From an uncultured virus (IMG/VR IMGVR_UViG_3300037512_001285) (Duplodnaviria > Heunggongvirae > Uroviricota > Caudoviricetes), in the IMG/VR virus record IMGVR_UViG_3300037512_001285, positions 1 through 64,000 of that record: a stretch of DNA of 64,000 bases; one strand, given 5' to 3'. Made by a program: the position numbers and the translations under genes. A model generated the notes under the pieces. The model saw only the letters and a list, made by a program, of their open reading frames with translations. It made no database searches and was not told the DNA's origin. This document shows positions 60,175-64,000 of the stretch, piece after piece. How positions within the stretch are numbered: the first letter of the stretch is position 1; each line of letters begins with the position of its first letter.

Positions 60175-60807
60175 TTATTTCTTATCTTCATAAATAAAAA
60201 GAGTTACTTGAATACTATATTTTTCTTCGTTATAACTAGCTTTATCTGCAATCACATTCCAAAGAGCCACTTTCCATCCATCAATATTCATAGTCGGTCT
60301 AGTATGTAACTGATTCAAATCTCTACCAGACAATACAATTTCTTGTTCATCCGTTACAAATGGTACATTTGAAAAGTCTTTCGTCTTGAAGAAATCCACG
60401 AGTGTTAAATACATCTTATTGATATATTCATACTCTGGCATTTTCTTATTTATGTTGTTATCAAACACACTTTCTTCAATAGTTGTATTAAATAATTGTT
60501 CTATTGCTCGTGAAAGCGTGGACTTATTTATATTATTAGAGCCAAGATCAAGAGTGGTCATCAATACTATTTTATAACCGACATACTTGGTATTCTCACT
60601 TTTGTATCTTACAATATCCCCTTTATTCCACCACCATTTTCCAGCATCCACCTTTTCCCAACTTGATAGATTATTATCTTTATGATTTGGCCATTTTGGT
60701 AAAGTATCTACTAGTTCATCACATACTTCAGTTGCGACCTCTTTGTAGTTATCACTGGTCTTCCAGCGCCTCAATGCTTCGAATATGTAATTTACTAAAT
60801 GCTTCAT
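60175..60807 (-). CDS. Putative virion-internal protein
   Basis: MKHLVNYIFE; internal IEE|SVFDNNI. Confidence 0.65.
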   Translation of the reverse strand: MKHLVNYIFEALRRWKTSDNYKEVATEVCDELVDTLPKWPNHKDNNLSSWEKVDAGKWWWNKGDIVRYKSENTKYVGYKIVLMTTLDLGSNNINKSTLSRAIEQLFNTTIEESVFDNNINKKMPEYEYINKMYLTLVDFFKTKDFSNVPFVTDEQEIVLSGRDLNQLHTRPTMNIDGWKVALWNVIADKASYNEEKYSIQVTLFIYEDKK

Positions 60808-60851
60808 GTATAAATAATAAAGGAGATCATTTAGATCTCCTAGATTTGAAT

Positions 60852-62846
60852 TTATTCTTCTTCGGAAGATTTCTTCTTTTTCTTTTTCTTTGTTTGTTTT
60901 TGATCGTCATCCTCAACAGGTTTGTTCTCTTTTTTCTTTTCTGCTTCTTTCTTTTGTTTATCCTTAATGAGATCTTCTACAACAAGTTTTAGTGAATCAT
61001 CTTGAAGAAGTTTTTCTGTTATGTTTGCTGCTATCTTATTCACTATAGATTCCCAATCATAGTTATCGCCATTTACCCTATCCAAGGCAGCAGAACCCTG
61101 ATCCAAGGCAGCAGCGCCCTTATCTGCAGCAGCCATAGCTTCAGCATCAGATGCTTCGCCACCAGCGAGATGAAGTTCTTCAATTTCATCTTGTTTGAGT
61201 TTGTTATTGAGTTTGAGGTCTTGATCTGATAATTTCAGGTATTTCTTCACCAAGAACTCAGATGAGAAGTACTTAATTTCATTTCCTTCAACATCCATAT
61301 CAATCATACTGTCTTTCATTGTTTGGATATGGTCGACGCGCTTTTGCATCAACTCTAATTCCATCATCTCTTCAAACAGATTGTAACTCTTAAACTGAAG
61401 GCTCACGGCTTCAAGAATTTGTTTATTCTCTTGTAGCTCTGGAATATCAAGTGCAAGCTGAATCTTAAGGGGTTTAAGCATAATTTGTGCAAATTGATTA
61501 CGAAGTCTATTCACAAATCTTGCAAAGTCAATCTCAATCCTTGCAGTGTTTGTTGCATCCGTACCAAACCATGTCTCACCACTTTCTTGGTCAAACCTAC
61601 TGAGAGGAATCTTAGAAATCTTATAAAGTTGGTTCTTGAAGTACTTCAACTGATCGTTATCATTGAGATCAGGACCATCACCACCGATACTCTCAATCTG
61701 TGGGCTACCACTATCACCTTCGGGCATCCAATACTCTTTATTGAATGGCATTGTCGCCTGTCCGTTAATTGTCAATTCGCCAGTATCGCCAATGAACTTG
61801 ATATCTTCTTTATATCTATTCATTGCACTCATAACAGTTTGTTGACCAGTGGCTTTGTTCATACCCTTAATAGGAATAGTGAACTTCATCTTATAGGAAC
61901 TGTTAGTAATTGTCCAAATAAGTTGAGCCTGCTCAACAATACGATAGATATTAAACGGACGAATAAGTCTCTCGAGATAACTCACGCGCGAAATAGCATT
62001 GGTTTCTTGATATGCTATATAAATAACCTGACTATCAAGAAGAGTACGTTCACGTCCTTGAATACCCTTAAACTGCACCCAATACCATTTACCATTTTCA
62101 TATTTTCTAGTGAGCGTGGCAGCATCAAGTGGAACAAGCCCAATGATTCTTGTAGGCTTCTCAAGCGAGTCATACACAATTTCCCAACTTAAGTTACCTT
62201 CAACTAACCATCTCTTAAAATCATCCCATGCATTATACTTCCAATTCAACATCTTATAAAAACGACGAAAATGAGTATTCATAGAATCCTCTACTTTCTT
62301 CGCAGCTTCTTTAGCAAGATCTTGTATCTCAAGTGGTTCAATAAATGGTTCTGCAAAATAAGTCAAATCACCATCATACACGATGCCTTCATTTGACATT
62401 GTATCCAGGATATCTTCAAGTTCTGGTTGAACTGCAAGTTTACGGAGAGCTTCTCTCTTCTGTGCATAATCCTTTTCAAAGAAGTTTTTATCAGCATTAC
62501 TCTTTACCTTCCAAGAATTAATCATTTGATTGAATAAGTCTTGATTCTCGAGCTGTGTTTCTTTAGGAAGGAGATTCTTATCTGCAGGGATAGCGCGCAT
62601 GTTTTTTACAACATCGTCTTCATAGTCCATTCCCCAACGGGCCATGTTAGAAAAGAACTTTGCGATGGTTCTCTTCTTTTTCTTCTGCTCCTGTTCCTGT
62701 GCATATCTTGGACGGAAGTTTGTAGTTACATTAAATCCTGGTATATTCTTTGGATCAAGTGGTTGCCCGAGTTCATATCCTTCTCCAATAAACACACTAC
62801 TGCCATCGCTTCCTGGTTTTCTTTCTATTTGAGTAGATTCATTCAT
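60852..62846 (-). CDS. Portal protein (T4 gp20-like)
   Basis: PELEDILD, WLVEG, SYLER..RPFN, EYWMP, LKYF...LY..SKIP.SR, EI.F.RFV.RLR. Confidence 0.92.
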   Translation of the reverse strand: MNESTQIERKPGSDGSSVFIGEGYELGQPLDPKNIPGFNVTTNFRPRYAQEQEQKKKKRTIAKFFSNMARWGMDYEDDVVKNMRAIPADKNLLPKETQLENQDLFNQMINSWKVKSNADKNFFEKDYAQKREALRKLAVQPELEDILDTMSNEGIVYDGDLTYFAEPFIEPLEIQDLAKEAAKKVEDSMNTHFRRFYKMLNWKYNAWDDFKRWLVEGNLSWEIVYDSLEKPTRIIGLVPLDAATLTRKYENGKWYWVQFKGIQGRERTLLDSQVIYIAYQETNAISRVSYLERLIRPFNIYRIVEQAQLIWTITNSSYKMKFTIPIKGMNKATGQQTVMSAMNRYKEDIKFIGDTGELTINGQATMPFNKEYWMPEGDSGSPQIESIGGDGPDLNDNDQLKYFKNQLYKISKIPLSRFDQESGETWFGTDATNTARIEIDFARFVNRLRNQFAQIMLKPLKIQLALDIPELQENKQILEAVSLQFKSYNLFEEMMELELMQKRVDHIQTMKDSMIDMDVEGNEIKYFSSEFLVKKYLKLSDQDLKLNNKLKQDEIEELHLAGGEASDAEAMAAADKGAAALDQGSAALDRVNGDNYDWESIVNKIAANITEKLLQDDSLKLVVEDLIKDKQKKEAEKKKENKPVEDDDQKQTKKKKKKKSSEEE

Positions 62847-62908
62847 AGTTAAATAATAACGGTATAGTTAACATAAAAAAAGAACTTTCAAAAGAAAGTT
62901 CTTTTAAA

Positions 62909-63395
62909 TTAACTTAACCAACCTTTACTCTTCCACTTTTTAAATATTGATGAAAGTTTGGCTGTTGCTGGGCTATGTTTACGTATCCAAAGAGATAATC
63001 CATTTTGTTTATAGACTTTCATTACATCTTTAACAGGAACTGATACTGAATAAACCTCAATATCATATCCACCACGATCTCCAACCTGACCCCAATAGGC
63101 ATAATCTACATTAATATCATCAACCTTATTCCAATTCACTTTACCAATTATTCTATCGAGATTCTTAGGAATAGACCAATGTTTGCCATCATCCCATTTT
63201 ACCCCTCCGTTTGCACACATATACCCACTACAATCTTCTGGAGTCCATATGAGACATACATGATTCCTACCTTTCATATGAAAGATTATCATCAACATGT
63301 TCTTTTGATACAAGTGCAAGAACATGTACATTATCATCACTGGTAGCTGGACCAGTGAGCATTGCTTCGTTTACTATATCGGTTAGATGTTTCAT
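62909..63395 (-). pseudogene. Frameshifted virion-internal-protein-like gene
   Basis: MKHLTDIVNE frame stops at 63267; the +1 frame continues to 62909. Confidence 0.55.
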
Positions 63396-63396
63396 A

Positions 63397-63963
63397 TTAG
63401 AATCTTCCGTATTTCTTTTCAATATATTTCCATGCTTCAACTGGATCATCAATGAATGTCCTTGGAACGTCGGACCATTCATCATACTTATGGTTGCTCT
63501 CTTCTGCGCTCTTTGGTTCGATCCACTCAACTGGACGAAGGGTCTTACCAACACGACTTGCAGCTGCGGTTACAAGGAATGACCATTCGAACATATTTAT
63601 CGAGATGAATGGGTTATATACTACGACATAACCTTTAGGATTAACTCCACGAGAAGTGTCAAAGTAGAGCTCAAGAACGTTACCATCTTTGGTGATTTTT
63701 GACTTCTGCCATTGTTTGATGTTATTGTCAACCATTATCTTATCAACCTCAATCATTGACTTCATCTTCTTCGCTAACTCCTCAGGTTTTTCGCGACCTT
63801 CTTTTATACGAGCAATAAGAATATCCTCAACTGTTGAGTTCTTATTATAAGGCATTAATATTCTTTTGAATATATATCTCAAATCCTCACCAGAGAGTAT
63901 ATCTGCAAAATCCTTAACGGGATCGAAAATAGATTCTTTTACATATGATACAAGATGTTTCAT
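63397..63963 (-). CDS. Putative virion-internal protein
   Basis: MKHLVSYVKE|SIFD. Confidence 0.7.
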   Translation of the reverse strand: MKHLVSYVKESIFDPVKDFADILSGEDLRYIFKRILMPYNKNSTVEDILIARIKEGREKPEELAKKMKSMIEVDKIMVDNNIKQWQKSKITKDGNVLELYFDTSRGVNPKGYVVVYNPFISINMFEWSFLVTAAASRVGKTLRPVEWIEPKSAEESNHKYDEWSDVPRTFIDDPVEAWKYIEKKYGRF

Positions 63964-64000
63964 TATTCCATATCTTCTTTTTTAATATGAACACACTTGG

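Noticed and set aside
61485..62192. 235-aa plus-strand ORF
   Set aside because: Antisense to the portal gene
1..64000. TAG stop-codon reassignment (code 15), as in Lak and some crAss-like phages
   Set aside because: Long genes are intact in the standard code. Paralogs 13711 and 14297 end at the same residue with TAA and TAG. No CTA-anticodon tRNA was seen.

Overview
AT-rich 64-kb segment of a large T4-like (myovirus-type, probably jumbo) phage genome in the standard genetic code. The host is probably an anaerobic Bacteroidota, judged from MITEDYVS- and QQEQPEVDLEKE-type small proteins, a Bacteroidota-style lipoprotein and class III RNR. Core genes: large terminase, gp20-like portal, gp14-like neck protein, RNase H/flap nuclease, gp47/SbcD nuclease, NrdD/NrdG with thioredoxin and an FTR-like protein, GuaC/IMPDH, QueC plus a TGT/DpdA-like protein, RNA ligase and five free-standing endonuclease genes. 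A 9.4-kb minus-strand RNA-gene island (36.9-46.2 kb) holds about 21 tRNAs, a group I intron in tRNA-Lys(UUU), four Y-RNA-like elements, a possible mini-tmRNA and several malformed tRNA-like RNAs. The most striking system is a 19-gene tandem array (1.2-8.4 kb) plus 2 outliers. These are otherwise diverse small proteins that all start M-[SG]-[ILV]-F-x-x-x-[ILV]. The same S-[ILV]-F-D motif sits directly behind a Glu in several proteins with T4-like capsid-targeting leaders, so prohead-protease cleavage would expose it as a new N-terminus. All calls come from reading the sequence by eye; no database searches were run.
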